Assembly (NCBI GenBank): GCA_965231085.1
Contig: OZ246413.1
Coordinates: forward strand, 270,638 to 334,637
From: an uncultured Candidatus Saccharibacteria bacterium
GTDB taxonomy: Bacteria; Patescibacteriota; Saccharimonadia; Saccharimonadales; UBA10212
DNA length: 64,000 nucleotides
Direction of reading: 5' to 3'
Shown here: positions 37,093 through 46,888 of the stretch, piece by piece
How positions within the stretch are numbered: the stretch's first letter is position 1
Layout: the number at the start of each line of letters is the position of its first letter
Notes under the pieces: model-generated
What the model was told of the DNA's origin: nothing
Databases searched by the model: none
Seen by the model: only the letters and a program-made list of their open reading frames with translations
Position numbers and translations under genes: made by a program

Positions 37093-37452
37093 TTACTTTA
37101 GAACAACTTTTTTGAAGAATTCATCCAAACCTTTGTCCACAATTGCCACCGCTAATCCAAACACAGTTGCGAATATAAACACAGCAAGAGTCAGGCGCCG
37201 TGTCTCTCTACCAGAGGGCCAGGTAACCTGTCTAACTTCTCTCCAGGCGTTAACAAAATACTTTGGTACTAATAGCTTTAGGAACCAAATAATTTGTTTA
37301 ATACCCGGTAGCTTTGAAATGTGCAATTTTGACAGGGGCAAACGTCTACTTTTTTCAGAAATAGCCTTAACTTCTGGCTGCAAATTTTCGTTAATTGCTT
37401 TAGCTAATTTACGAACTCGAGGTGCAGCAGCTCGCTTCTTTTTTGTAGACAT
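37093..37452 (-). CDS. secE: Preprotein translocase subunit SecE
   Basis: C-terminal REVRQVTWPSGRETRRLTLAVFIFATVFGL plus position upstream of nusG. Confidence 0.75.
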   Translation of the reverse strand: MSTKKKRAAAPRVRKLAKAINENLQPEVKAISEKSRRLPLSKLHISKLPGIKQIIWFLKLLVPKYFVNAWREVRQVTWPSGRETRRLTLAVFIFATVFGLAVAIVDKGLDEFFKKVVLK

Positions 37453-37467
37453 CTTTTGATCCCCTTT

Positions 37468-37497
37468 ACAAAATAAAACCTACTATGAATAGTAGGT
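37468..37497 (-). terminator. Terminator after the DUF45-like gene
   Basis: Stem acctactat / atagtaggt; the minus sense is followed by a U-rich run. Confidence 0.5.
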
Positions 37498-37544
37498 GTC
37501 TGTAGTCAATAGTACCTTAGTTTACTCTGTTAAGCAAGCGTTAT

Positions 37545-38252
37545 TTATCTGTCGGCCGGATAGATCTGTGGTTTATGTTTGCTGAGCTCTCTTCTTAATT
37601 CCTTGGCCTTTGGCAGTATAGACTCGACCCTAGTCCAAAAGTCGTGCCCATGGTGCATATGTTCAGTATGAGCCAGCTCGTGTATTAATACATAATCAAT
37701 GAGATTCCACGGTAGCTGTATGAGGTATAAGCTGAGAGATATTTCTTTTTTTGCCGAACAGCTTCCCCAACGAGAGGTCAATCTTTTGATGCGAAGATCC
37801 TTGTAGTAGAAGTTATTAGCCTTAGATAATTGGTCAAGTCGTTGTTTAAGTAGTACATACGATTCGTGTTTTAAGGCTTTTTCTGTGGCGGTAGTCACCT
37901 TCTTTTGTAGCATTGGGTTGCTTATCTCTTCTCTCGTATAGATATTTATGGTGCTGCCAACCAGTCTTGTTCTTGTGATTGGGCTACTAGATGCATTAAA
38001 GTTGAGCCGCAACGATTTACCGACCCGGTCACCGTTCATCAAAAGAGCAGGCCTAGCTTTACTAGAGTGCGAAAGAACCCAGGCGCGTTGCTTATGGATA
38101 AAACTTAGTCCAGTGCTGTACGGTGCCCAGATCGGGATGGTTACCCTAATAAGCCCACTATGATCAACGCTTAGTTTAAGGTTGCGCACACCACGTCGTT
38201 TATAAACTTTAACTCTGCCGATATCAGGTATATCAAAGGTTTTTACTGCCAT
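37545..38252 (-). CDS. YgjP/DUF45-like zinc metallohydrolase
   Basis: C-terminal HELAHTEHMHHGHDFW (HExxH). Confidence 0.7.
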   Translation of the reverse strand: MAVKTFDIPDIGRVKVYKRRGVRNLKLSVDHSGLIRVTIPIWAPYSTGLSFIHKQRAWVLSHSSKARPALLMNGDRVGKSLRLNFNASSSPITRTRLVGSTINIYTREEISNPMLQKKVTTATEKALKHESYVLLKQRLDQLSKANNFYYKDLRIKRLTSRWGSCSAKKEISLSLYLIQLPWNLIDYVLIHELAHTEHMHHGHDFWTRVESILPKAKELRRELSKHKPQIYPADR

Positions 38253-38259
38253 TCATTAA

Positions 38260-38913
38260 TTATAGGACAGATATGTTCCGGTAACCCTCTTGTCCGGCCG
38301 GATGGCTGGGGACCAGGTTAATCAGGTCAGGCCTAGTAACTGATTGCTGGATAGTATCGCTGTTTATATGACCAATCTGATAGAGCTTATTAAATATTGT
38401 GGCTTTTTGACTATTGAAGGAGTGCTTACCGCTAACCACCAAGTAACTCTCGTCGCTAGGATTCTGCATATGGCTCATAAGGTCGTTAAAACTACGTCTG
38501 GTGTGAGATTGGGCAAAATGATCATCAGCGGTCCGTTTATCTCGTTTTAAAGTTCTGGAGTAAGCTGTTTCTGGATCAATCTGAATCCATATGAGCATGT
38601 ACCCAGCGCGGTGCTTACTAGCCAACTCACGAAGCTGCTTTCGCTGGGTAACTCTTAGAGAATTTGCGTCATAGATTACACTTACCCCTGCTGATAAAAA
38701 CTCATCAGCCATGTAGTTCATTAGGTGCAGTATTATTGAATTTTCTTGAGCAGTATATTGCGGGTTCTTAAATAGTTCACCGCGAATACGATCGGCGCTA
38801 ACGTGAGCAATATGGAGGTGTTCGGCTAAATTTCGAGCAATGTATGATTTCCCGGATCCTGGAAATCCATACAACGTTATTAAAATCGGTTTATTTAAGG
38901 CCGTTCTGCTCAT
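38260..38913 (-). CDS. P-loop kinase-like ATP-binding protein (AAA_33/zeta-like)
   Basis: Walker A GFPGSGKSYIARNL; small size. Confidence 0.55.
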   Translation of the reverse strand: MSRTALNKPILITLYGFPGSGKSYIARNLAEHLHIAHVSADRIRGELFKNPQYTAQENSIILHLMNYMADEFLSAGVSVIYDANSLRVTQRKQLRELASKHRAGYMLIWIQIDPETAYSRTLKRDKRTADDHFAQSHTRRSFNDLMSHMQNPSDESYLVVSGKHSFNSQKATIFNKLYQIGHINSDTIQQSVTRPDLINLVPSHPAGQEGYRNISVL

Positions 38914-38997
38914 AATTTGATAATACGCACCTACTCTTTAGTAGAAAAGTGGCTACGCTTATTTACAATGATCTATAAATATGACTGTTGCTTATTC

Positions 38998-39073
38998 TGG
39001 CAGGGGAGACAGGACTCGAACCTGCGACCCTCGGTTTTGGAGACCGATGCTCTACCAACTGAGCTACTCCCCT
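38998..39073 (-). tRNA. tRNA-Trp (anticodon CCA)
   Basis: Hand-folded: acceptor aggggag/ctcccct, anticodon arm tcggt-ctccaaa-accga, T-loop ttcgagt, encoded CCA. Confidence 0.85.
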
Positions 39074-39180
39074 AAGATATATAAGCCAATTTATTATCGC
39101 TCGAGCAAAAAATGTGATTTTCTGCTCGGGATATCTTTTCCCCTTATGGGAACTTAATTGATTATATCTTAAAACAAAGA

Positions 39181-39384
39181 TTATTTGCGAGGTTTGACTT
39201 CGTTGCGACCAAGATTCTTTTTTGTCTCAAGCTGTTCAGCAGTAGCCCGCTTAACTGGACAGAATTTTTTTAGGCTAACTTTGTCTGGAGTATTCATAGT
39301 GTTCTTGCTGGTATAGTAATGCCGCTGCCCGCATGCGTCGCATACTAGCCCGATAAGTTTTCGTTTGTCGCCTTTTTTAGCCAT
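39181..39384 (-). CDS. rpmG: 50S ribosomal protein L33
   Basis: KRKLIGLVCDACGQRHYYTSKNTMNTPDKVSLKKFCP. Confidence 0.85.
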   Translation of the reverse strand: MAKKGDKRKLIGLVCDACGQRHYYTSKNTMNTPDKVSLKKFCPVKRATAEQLETKKNLGRNEVKPRK

Positions 39385-39550
39385 GATTATAAACTAATAT
39401 AACAGATACGCACCTTCTTATCAAGTTATTATCGGGGCCCCCGCAAAACACATGTTTTGTGGGGAGAGGAGGAAACATGAAGACCCAGGCACGAATATTC
39501 GGCAATTTATTTACCGAATATTTTGACAGGGTCGAAATGATAGACGACGA

Positions 39551-39625
39551 TGGAGCCGTCGACGAGAGTTGAACTCGTGACCCCCTCCTTACCATGGAGG
39601 TGCTCTACCACTGAGCTACGACGGC
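39551..39625 (-). tRNA. tRNA-Thr (anticodon GGU)
   Basis: Acceptor gccgtcg/cgacggc, anticodon arm cctcc-atggtaa-ggagg, T-loop ttcaact, encoded CCA. Confidence 0.85.
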
Positions 39626-39653
39626 ATTAACAGATGTATTTTACTAGAGAATG

Positions 39654-40643
39654 TTAATTTTCTGAAATGGCACTTTTAACCTGAGAGAGTGCGTGATCAA
39701 TATCCTTAGCCTTAAGCTGGGCCCCTGCAGCTGGTTTGTGGCCGCCTCCGCCCAATTTCTTGGCTATTGATGCGACGTCAATCTCACCGGGCGTAGATCG
39801 GAATGAAACCTTATAGTCACCCTCGCTGCCGTTGGCGTCCTTGTATACCAAAAAGCCACTCTGTCGTTTGTCTACATTCCTTAGATAATTATGCATAAAT
39901 GTATCGGCTGCCTGTTTTACAGCCTGAAAATTCACACTATCTACAACCTTATCTTCAAGATATGTATAACTAAAGTCTTTGTAGCGACTCATATTTTTTA
40001 TTAGAATAGCCAGAATTTCGATAGCGTCAGAGCTAATCTTGCTTAAATTATTGGAAACTTTCTCGATATTTACACCAGCATCAACCAGCTCACTAACAAT
40101 TTTAAGTGTTAATTTATGGTCGCCAGATAAGTACTTAAAGCCACCCGTATCAGAATATATGCCGATCATTGCTAATTCTGCAAAACCATTTGGCTTTTTT
40201 AATTTCAACTGGTTAAAACAAAGGTCGTAGATATCCTGGGTCACAGCGGGGCTGTTTTGATTTATATATACATCCGATTCGTCTTTATCAACTGGTTCAT
40301 GATGATCGATTATCGCGAGTTTAACATCAGACAATACCTTCGATACTGATTCAGGATCGCGCGTGCATCTTGTAATGTTATTTGCGTCCACAATAATTAA
40401 AAGATCCGGCTTAAAACCTTTAACTGCATTAACAAGCGGTGAAATTTTAATGCTATTAAAGCCTTCTATAAAACCTAGGCCGTATGAGACTTCTTCTAGA
40501 ACAACATTAATTTTTTTATTAGTATAGTTTTCTGCCAACGTGTTTTTAAGAAGCAGGCCTGAGCAAACAGCGTCAGGGTCAGCGCCAAGGTGGGATGTTA
40601 TTAGAATTCTATGAGAATTTTGTAGTAGTTTTTGTAGCATCAT
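39654..40643 (-). CDS. DHH-family phosphoesterase (second NrnA-like paralogue)
   Basis: HLGADPDAVCS, IIDHHEP (DHH) and GGGGHKPAAGA (DHHA1). Confidence 0.7.
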   Translation of the reverse strand: MMLQKLLQNSHRILITSHLGADPDAVCSGLLLKNTLAENYTNKKINVVLEEVSYGLGFIEGFNSIKISPLVNAVKGFKPDLLIIVDANNITRCTRDPESVSKVLSDVKLAIIDHHEPVDKDESDVYINQNSPAVTQDIYDLCFNQLKLKKPNGFAELAMIGIYSDTGGFKYLSGDHKLTLKIVSELVDAGVNIEKVSNNLSKISSDAIEILAILIKNMSRYKDFSYTYLEDKVVDSVNFQAVKQAADTFMHNYLRNVDKRQSGFLVYKDANGSEGDYKVSFRSTPGEIDVASIAKKLGGGGHKPAAGAQLKAKDIDHALSQVKSAISEN

Positions 40644-40647
40644 TACT

Positions 40648-41139
40648 TTAAGTGGCTAAGGTTAGTTTTCTGGTCGCAACATAAGCTTTGGTACTTTCTT
40701 TTCGGGCGTTGAAGTCAAATGCCGGCAGAGCTGACTCTATAACAGAAATATCTGCTGTTACTCTATCTTCTAATGACCGATCTGAATCTTCGGGTAGATA
40801 TAAATAGGGGGCCAGGAGATCTGTTTTTCCAGCGGAATAATCATGAAGGTGCCTAAGTGAGAAGGTTAAACCATCCTCTATAAGTTCTAGATCTCCAACT
40901 CTGGTGACATAAGGACTCGAGGCGTCTTGCCTTGCCAATTTGTACCATTCAAGCTGAGCTCTTGTATCATTGTACCTATTCCGCCGTTTTGTAACTCTAC
41001 GAGGCTCAAGTCCAAGAAAGTTTCGTCGGCCAATTAGGTTGATATCTGCTCTAAGTAATGAGTCTAGGCTAACTCTAAGTTCATCTCCTTCAAATGAGAT
41101 GACATGCGCATTGAATTCGGGAGCTACATATATATCCAT
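40648..41139 (-). CDS. Hypothetical protein (163 aa)
   Basis: Intact ORF 4 nt downstream of the DHH gene; no motif recognised. Confidence 0.45.
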   Translation of the reverse strand: MDIYVAPEFNAHVISFEGDELRVSLDSLLRADINLIGRRNFLGLEPRRVTKRRNRYNDTRAQLEWYKLARQDASSPYVTRVGDLELIEDGLTFSLRHLHDYSAGKTDLLAPYLYLPEDSDRSLEDRVTADISVIESALPAFDFNARKESTKAYVATRKLTLAT

Positions 41140-41149
41140 ATTTTATAGT

Positions 41150-41235
41150 TGGTGCAGAGGGAGGGATTCGAACCCCCGAAGGCGAATGCCACTTGATTTA
41201 CAGTCAAGCGTGTTTAACCACTTCACTACCTCTGC
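41150..41235 (-). tRNA. tRNA-Tyr (anticodon GUA), long variable arm
   Basis: Acceptor gcagagg/cctctgc, anticodon arm cttga-ctgtaaa-tcaag, 14-nt variable arm, T-loop ttcgaat, encoded CCA. Confidence 0.85.
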
Positions 41236-41621
41236 ATACTAGTTGTTATCAATCGGTATGATTGATATTTACTATGCTCGATACTTATTTCATTCCTAAT
41301 TTTTAATTTGCTCCACGGGATTAGGTACTGCTGTCCTTTAGCTGTGTGAACAAACAATAGATCGAATGCTATGTCTGAATACTTCTTCGCATAATGAAAT
41401 GATTGGTTGCCTCCTGTTATGCGAAGACCAGCCTTACATTGGTTACCTCTACTATACAGCCCAGCATATTTTACCTGCACTCTACTTAGTATATTGTCCT
41501 TTTCGACAATAAGATCGTAATCTCTCTTATCGCCAATAGGTAGACAAACCTCATAGCCCTCCGAGATAAAGTATTGGATTGCCATTCCAGCGGCAATATC
41601 TCCCTTTTGCTTGGTAAGCAT
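41226..41621 (-). CDS. Small PD-(D/E)XK-like nuclease-fold protein
   Basis: From the internal ATG at 41621: MLTKQKGDIAAGMAIQYFISEGYEVCLPIGDKRDYDLIVEKDNILSRVQVK. The GD...DLIVE...VQVK pattern resembles small Hjc-like PD-(D/E)XK endonucleases. The 3' end overlaps tRNA-Tyr by about 10 nt. Confidence 0.45.
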   Translation of the reverse strand: MLTKQKGDIAAGMAIQYFISEGYEVCLPIGDKRDYDLIVEKDNILSRVQVKYAGLYSRGNQCKAGLRITGGNQSFHYAKKYSDIAFDLLFVHTAKGQQYLIPWSKLKIRNEISIEHSKYQSYRLITTSMQR

Positions 41622-41717
41622 AACCGCAGTATAGCAGAGTATAGTGCGGTTAGCTAACCATGTAACACCCACCTAAACTACACCTAATTTGAGTGTCCTC
41701 GCAAACACAATCAAATT

Positions 41718-41793
41718 TGGAGCCGACGGAGGGAGTCGAACCCACGACCCGCTGTTTACAAAACAGCCGCTCTGGCCACTGAGCTACGTCGGC
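41718..41793 (-). tRNA. tRNA-Thr (anticodon UGU)
   Basis: Acceptor gccgacg/cgtcggc, anticodon arm gctgt-tttgtaa-acagc, T-loop ttcgact (one U-U mismatch in the T stem), encoded CCA. Confidence 0.8.
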
Positions 41794-41857
41794 ATAAACG
41801 CACAATTAGAACACTCCAATTCTATCAAAACAGGGGTAATTTAACAACAGAATATGC

Positions 41858-42511
41858 TTATATAACTACTCGGCGGGGCCTAAATACTTTTTTGCTTTTT
41901 GCCGATGGCAAGGCAAACTTATCTAGTTTTTTTTGTGATTGTCTTGCTTCATCGTCTAATCCCTGAGACTCATAGGCCTTCGTCAGCAGAGCGTAGGTTT
42001 CGCGATTAGGTTCAAGTTCGGCGGCCTTTTCTAGTTCTTGAATCATTAGCTTATCGTTGCCTAATTTTTCTTGAACCTTGGCGTAGGCTATATGTCGGGC
42101 TGCTAGATCATCTTCCAACTTTAAGGCTTGCTCAAAGGCTGTTGAAGCTTTGTGATAGTTCTCGGTCTCATAGTAGATTAGGCCCAAATTGTGCAAACTA
42201 GATGCACTAGGTTCTATGGAGCTAGCTATCTCAAAACAGTCGATTGCATCTTTGTATTCCCTTTGTTTGGCATATAGGATACCCAGTCGGTTGTAGGCTG
42301 GCGCATTTTTCTCATCTATCTTAAGAATAGTTAAAAGCGCTTTCTCTGCTCGCAATAGTCTATTCTCGCGCATGCCATGATGAGCAATTTCCCAGAGTTT
42401 GCTAAGTCTATCGCCAATACGTCTCGGGATTACTATCATTTCATGTTCGGTCTTTTGGCCGTGTCTAAAAACAACCAATGCTAGTAATAGAATAAAGATA
42501 AGTGAGTACAT
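41858..42511 (-). CDS. Membrane-anchored TPR-repeat protein
   Basis: N-terminal TM segment followed by repeated A..Y..LG..Y......A...F..A TPR-like units. Confidence 0.7.
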   Translation of the reverse strand: MYSLIFILLLALVVFRHGQKTEHEMIVIPRRIGDRLSKLWEIAHHGMRENRLLRAEKALLTILKIDEKNAPAYNRLGILYAKQREYKDAIDCFEIASSIEPSASSLHNLGLIYYETENYHKASTAFEQALKLEDDLAARHIAYAKVQEKLGNDKLMIQELEKAAELEPNRETYALLTKAYESQGLDDEARQSQKKLDKFALPSAKSKKVFRPRRVVI

Positions 42512-42530
42512 TAGGCTTATTATACCAGAG

Positions 42531-43403
42531 CTAGGTCCTTAGCTTTAGGGCCGCCTCGAGAGCGGCGAGTCTGACCGATACATTGTTTTCAAGAGCTGAA
42601 TTTACTGTCAGGATCATTCTGCGGTTCTCGAGCATTTTTTTACTAGCCGATATTTTGCCGGATCGTAGACTCGATAACTCTATGGCTTTAATTGCCGAGT
42701 CAAGTGTGTCTAGAACACTTATTAAAGCGTTTTTATCTTGCGATAGCTTATCAAGTAGCACTATTCGGCCATACTTATTAGAGGTAAGAATATCTTTTGC
42801 TTGCTTAGCGTTATTAAACTCCTTGGAGTCATAATTAGTTATTAGTTCATCAAGTAATTTCGCCGCACCTCCGCTAAGATGCCACGCAGACAGCACCCTA
42901 GCCTTTTCAACACCAGAATAGTTTTGGTATGCCTGATTAATGCTTATAGGTAGTACATTGATCCTAGCGCACCTGGAGACTACTGTCGGTAGCAAATTAG
43001 CAATGCTTGAGCTAAATAGTACAATGTGGGTGTTTTTTGGAGGCTCCTCGAGAGACTTTAGTAGGGCATTTTGTGCCTCGTGGTTCATGGTCTGGGCATT
43101 GTTTATCAGAACTACACGCCGCTGCTTAGGACCAGATCCCGAGCTTAGTTTTAGAGTAGATTTAAGTTGCCTAATATTATCTACGGTAATATTTTGCTTA
43201 TCATCAGATTTCTCAACAATCATTAATTGGCCAGACTTTAAAACTCGGTCTGGGTCGACACCCAGTAGTTCAGCCGCTATATCCAGGGCTAGTAAATCAG
43301 CTCCGGAGTGTTTTTTACCGTAAACTAATACTGCCTGGGTTGGGTTCGATAAATAGTCAGCAATCTCTTTAGCTGTTTTTGGGTTTACTAGGACACTATT
43401 CAT
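42531..43403 (-). CDS. holB: DNA polymerase III delta-prime subunit
   Basis: VVLINNAQTMNHEAQNALLKSLEEPP and LLPTVVSRCARINV. Start taken at MNSVLVNPKT; the track ORF extends to 43457. Confidence 0.75.
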   Translation of the reverse strand: MNSVLVNPKTAKEIADYLSNPTQAVLVYGKKHSGADLLALDIAAELLGVDPDRVLKSGQLMIVEKSDDKQNITVDNIRQLKSTLKLSSGSGPKQRRVVLINNAQTMNHEAQNALLKSLEEPPKNTHIVLFSSSIANLLPTVVSRCARINVLPISINQAYQNYSGVEKARVLSAWHLSGGAAKLLDELITNYDSKEFNNAKQAKDILTSNKYGRIVLLDKLSQDKNALISVLDTLDSAIKAIELSSLRSGKISASKKMLENRRMILTVNSALENNVSVRLAALEAALKLRT

Positions 43404-44271
43404 ATAGAAACTCATTAAATCTTTTTGGTACGTCTGTATCGAAGATTTTCCTTTCACTAGATGGCAGGGTAATTTCTAGTTTCACAGCGTGCAATAATAA
43501 TTCTCCAGAATCTTTACCGTAGACATTATCGCCGACTATTGAGTGACCGATATAGTTCATATGCACCCGAAGCTGGTGAGTTCGCCCGGTTTTTGGACTA
43601 AGTTGCAGGTATGTATAGTCCTTGCCACCCTTGGTTAAATGTTGGAGTACCATGTACTCAGTAATTGCAGACTTACCTGACGAGTCGACCTTAAATGTTT
43701 GTGGTTTGGCTGGGTTACGTAGGATAGCGGCATCGATAATCGCATGATCTGGAGAAACACGCCCGTGAACAATAGCAATATACTGTTTCCTGGCTTTACG
43801 TAGCGAGAACTGCTTTTGTAGCTTTGATAATGCGTTGGTATTTTTGGCTGTAATAATTATCCCGCTTGTGGCTCTGTCTAGTCTATGAACAATTCCAGCC
43901 CGATTATTGCTTAGAGCAAAGTTTTGAAGCTTAGGTTTTATAAAGCTAGCTACGGATGCCTCTGTATTCAGCGAGCCCTTAGCATGAGTTAAAATACCCT
44001 CCGGTTTGTTGATAACCAGAACATCCTCGTCTTCGTATATAACTGGGAGCTCTAGATCAGGGGGTAGCTTAGACAAAAGCGTTTCATCGACGTTAATTTT
44101 ATCGCCAACATGCAGTTTATGCGATGCTTTTACTGGTTTACCATTTAAATGGACGTGGCCCGCATCAAATAACTTTTCTAGAGACGATCGGCTAAATTCT
44201 GGGTATTTATTGCTAATTACTATATCAACCCGCTTGCCGCTGTCTGATTCACCAATTCTGAAACTTGTCAT
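43396..44271 (-). CDS. rluD: RluA-family 23S rRNA pseudouridine synthase (RluD-like)
   Basis: N-terminal S4-like domain; catalytic HRLDRATSGIIITAK; TGRTHQLRVH. Confidence 0.85.
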   Translation of the reverse strand: MTSFRIGESDSGKRVDIVISNKYPEFSRSSLEKLFDAGHVHLNGKPVKASHKLHVGDKINVDETLLSKLPPDLELPVIYEDEDVLVINKPEGILTHAKGSLNTEASVASFIKPKLQNFALSNNRAGIVHRLDRATSGIIITAKNTNALSKLQKQFSLRKARKQYIAIVHGRVSPDHAIIDAAILRNPAKPQTFKVDSSGKSAITEYMVLQHLTKGGKDYTYLQLSPKTGRTHQLRVHMNYIGHSIVGDNVYGKDSGELLLHAVKLEITLPSSERKIFDTDVPKRFNEFLYE

Positions 44272-44272
44272 A

Positions 44273-45313
44273 TTAGCTAGCGTTTGATCTGAGCCCTACA
44301 GCAATTTGTACTGACAGTAAACGTCTGTTAGCAATTAAATTCATAGTTGTTTCATCGGTTTTTAGCTTATTTTCGAGCTTAGTTGAATCAACGTCAGATA
44401 GATTCCTATGCAACGTAGATAAAAATTGACTTACTTCCTTTGCAACCGCTTGCTTTAACTCACCATAACTACTTTTTCCCTGCCATTCCTTAGTAACACG
44501 ATCGTGACTAGTGTTTGTGAGTAGGGCAAGTATTTCCAGTAGGTTGGTGACTCCCGGCTGTTTTTCCCAGTCGTAAGCTATCGCTCCGATTGAGTCGGTA
44601 GTTGCAGAAAGCACTTTTTTAGCTGCCGTCTCAGGTGTGTCGCTTAGCATAATTGTACCCGCTGGGTCGTCTACAGATTTACTCATTTTTTTGTCTGGGT
44701 TTCTGAGCGATCGAATTCGTACTCCACGCTCTAGCCCGGCAAACTCAAGCTGTTTCTTCCATTCGTAGGGAACCTCGAATACATCGCCGAACTTATTGTT
44801 GAGTCTAAGTGCAAGATCCCTAGCTAGCTCAATATGTTGTTTTTGGTCATCACCAACGGGTATGTAGTGTGCTCCGTAGAGTAGGATATCTGCGGCCATT
44901 AAAACTGGGTAGTTGAATAACCCTACGGTAACTCTATCGACACCCACTGATTTGGACTTATCCTTGAACTCTATCATCCGGCTAGCCTCGCCAAAACCAG
45001 TAAAGCAATCCAAAATCCAGGTTAGTTCAGAGTGAGCTGGCACAAAGCTCTGTCTGTATATGTACGTATCGGGGTTATTTATATCTAGCCCAGCAGCTAC
45101 AAATATTTTTAGGTTTTGAAGTGTCTGCTCATACAATTTTCCATGTTCTATAGGAGTTGTAAAGCTGTGAAGATCCGGAACAAACATATTGAGTTGGTAT
45201 TTTCCAGCATGCTTCCTTTGAAGTTCAACCATAGGTAAAATGGCCCCTAGGTAGTTACCTAGATGAAACTCGCTGTTTGATCTAAGACCTGTCAGTATCA
45301 CTTCCTTAGTCAT
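44273..45313 (-). CDS. trpS: Tryptophanyl-tRNA synthetase
   Basis: TGLRSNSEFHLGNYLGA (HIGH-like) and KMSKS. Confidence 0.92.
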   Translation of the reverse strand: MTKEVILTGLRSNSEFHLGNYLGAILPMVELQRKHAGKYQLNMFVPDLHSFTTPIEHGKLYEQTLQNLKIFVAAGLDINNPDTYIYRQSFVPAHSELTWILDCFTGFGEASRMIEFKDKSKSVGVDRVTVGLFNYPVLMAADILLYGAHYIPVGDDQKQHIELARDLALRLNNKFGDVFEVPYEWKKQLEFAGLERGVRIRSLRNPDKKMSKSVDDPAGTIMLSDTPETAAKKVLSATTDSIGAIAYDWEKQPGVTNLLEILALLTNTSHDRVTKEWQGKSSYGELKQAVAKEVSQFLSTLHRNLSDVDSTKLENKLKTDETTMNLIANRRLLSVQIAVGLRSNAS

Positions 45314-45359
45314 TAGTAAAATTATACCTTATTCTGGACTCATTAAAGACATGCTCAGC

Positions 45360-45569
45360 TTATAGATCGACTACAAATTCTGGACGACCTTTGCGGCTAA
45401 CTGGCATAGGTAGCGCCTTAGACGGAGAATCGTCAAACTCACCAGTCGAATCGTCATGTTCAGCCCGAACCGTCACTGCTCCAGCGCAACGGGCAACGTT
45501 ACTACGAGTTAATTCTATTAGTGCTTGTCTCTCTGCCTCGGTTATTCCTAAAATATCTGGACTTGGCAT
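45360..45569 (-). CDS. Small hypothetical protein (69 aa)
   Basis: SD AAGGAG upstream of the ATG; no motif recognised. Confidence 0.4.
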   Translation of the reverse strand: MPSPDILGITEAERQALIELTRSNVARCAGAVTVRAEHDDSTGEFDDSPSKALPMPVSRKGRPEFVVDL

Positions 45570-45596
45570 TATGTTCTCTCCTTTATTATTTGAGTA

Positions 45597-45624
45597 TTAA
45601 AAAAATCCGCCGTGATGGCGGATT
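45597..45624 (-). terminator. Rho-independent terminator after the 45752-46480 gene
   Basis: Stem aatccgcc / ggcggatt; the minus sense is followed by a U7 run. Confidence 0.65.
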
Positions 45625-45751
45625 CTTCAGTATTCTCGATATTTATTAGTTTACGAACGCACAGAAAAAGCCGTCATCGTGGTGAATGTAAACCAAAAAC
45701 CAAAATACGAGTGCAGCTTATTCATCGGAGCTAATTCTAGCATTGTGACGG

Positions 45752-46480
45752 TTATTCATCAAGTAGGCTGTCGGTGTCTCCTGAGCGACGCTTATTAAAT
45801 GGATTAGAGTCTAGAGATTTTTTGGTAGTTGCTGTCCATCTGGTATTATTCGTATCTATTACAGCCCTAACTCGTTCGGCTGAAGGTGGCAATATCCCAA
45901 GATCGTGGGCAGCAAGCATTTGTCGTTCCCTTTCACTAATTCTTAAGGCCAGGCCTTGCGTATCCCACATAATCCGGTCGTGCTCATTTGAGGTTAACAG
46001 CACAGGATTTAGCCCTAGGGATTTGATATGTTCCATAGCGATTTCGTGATTACCGTGGTCAGACGCAACCGAAACACCAAGTTGATAGTTCATTGCACAG
46101 TGGACAATAGCTATTTGACCTAATGCTAGTCCATATTCTTCCAGATGTTTTGCTACACGAATACTCTCGGCCATCACACTGCTGTGAAGGAACAAAACCG
46201 TATTATCCTTGGGTGTTATGTTGGCCTGAAGGGCATGTTCGGGGTGAGCAGTCCAGTGGACTAGCGCAGATTGATCAAACACTCCCTGGGTAGTTTCTGT
46301 ACGTACAGACAAGGGTTCGTCTCTAGAAGTTCTCAGCCAGGGGTTTATGCCTCTTTTAGCAATTTTATACTGAAACGGGTCAAAACTGACTACATTAAAG
46401 CCGGCTTTTTTTGCTTGCAGCTCTAACTTACTGCCTAGCTCACCAACACCAACCACCCCGATGGTTTCGGGATTTGCCAT
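45752..46480 (-). CDS. NAD(P)-binding Rossmann-fold dehydrogenase (prephenate-dehydrogenase-like)
   Basis: N-terminal IGVVGVGELGSKL (GxGxxG). Family assignment is tentative. Confidence 0.45.
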   Translation of the reverse strand: MANPETIGVVGVGELGSKLELQAKKAGFNVVSFDPFQYKIAKRGINPWLRTSRDEPLSVRTETTQGVFDQSALVHWTAHPEHALQANITPKDNTVLFLHSSVMAESIRVAKHLEEYGLALGQIAIVHCAMNYQLGVSVASDHGNHEIAMEHIKSLGLNPVLLTSNEHDRIMWDTQGLALRISERERQMLAAHDLGILPPSAERVRAVIDTNNTRWTATTKKSLDSNPFNKRRSGDTDSLLDE

Positions 46481-46486
46481 AGAATA

Positions 46487-46888
46487 CTAACGCTTAGTAA
46501 ACTGCCTTTGCTTGCGAGCGCTCTTGAGGCCAAATTTCTTGCGTTCCTTTTCGCGAGGATCGCGTCCAAGCAACTCGGCTTTTCTAAGAGTTCCTTTGTA
46601 GTCCTCGTTAAGTAGCACCAGTGCTTTTGCTATACCTAATCTGATAGCATCAACCTGGCTGGCATGACCACCGCCAACAACCTTAGCGCTGACTGTAAAC
46701 TTAGCTGGGTCAAGTTCAAGAACTGTGAATGCTTTGTTCAGGTCGTGTAAAAGACTTTTGTTATCCGCAAAATAATCAGTTGAAGTTTTAGAGTTAATAG
46801 TAAACTCTCCCTTGCCGGATGTTAGGCGTACCCGAGCGGTTGCACTTTTACGACGCCCTAGTGCATAAAAGTAGTTATTGGCTGCCAT
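46487..46888 (-). CDS. rpsI: 30S ribosomal protein S9
   Basis: GGGHASQVDAIRLGIAKAL and the C-terminal RKQRQFTKR. Confidence 0.92.
   Translation of the reverse strand: MAANNYFYALGRRKSATARVRLTSGKGEFTINSKTSTDYFADNKSLLHDLNKAFTVLELDPAKFTVSAKVVGGGHASQVDAIRLGIAKALVLLNEDYKGTLRKAELLGRDPREKERKKFGLKSARKQRQFTKR

Noticed and set aside
39385-39550. The hairpin ccccgcaaaaca/tgttttgtgggg and the cgaatattcg palindromes between tRNA-Thr and rpmG, considered as a regulatory element.
   Set aside because: These are plausibly just a tRNA terminator and the rpmG promoter region. The features are short with no further support, so they are not reported as features.
39377-39595. ORF 39377..39595 (minus, 72 aa).
   Set aside because: It overlaps tRNA-Thr(GGU) and the rpmG upstream region. 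There is no SD, so it is spurious.
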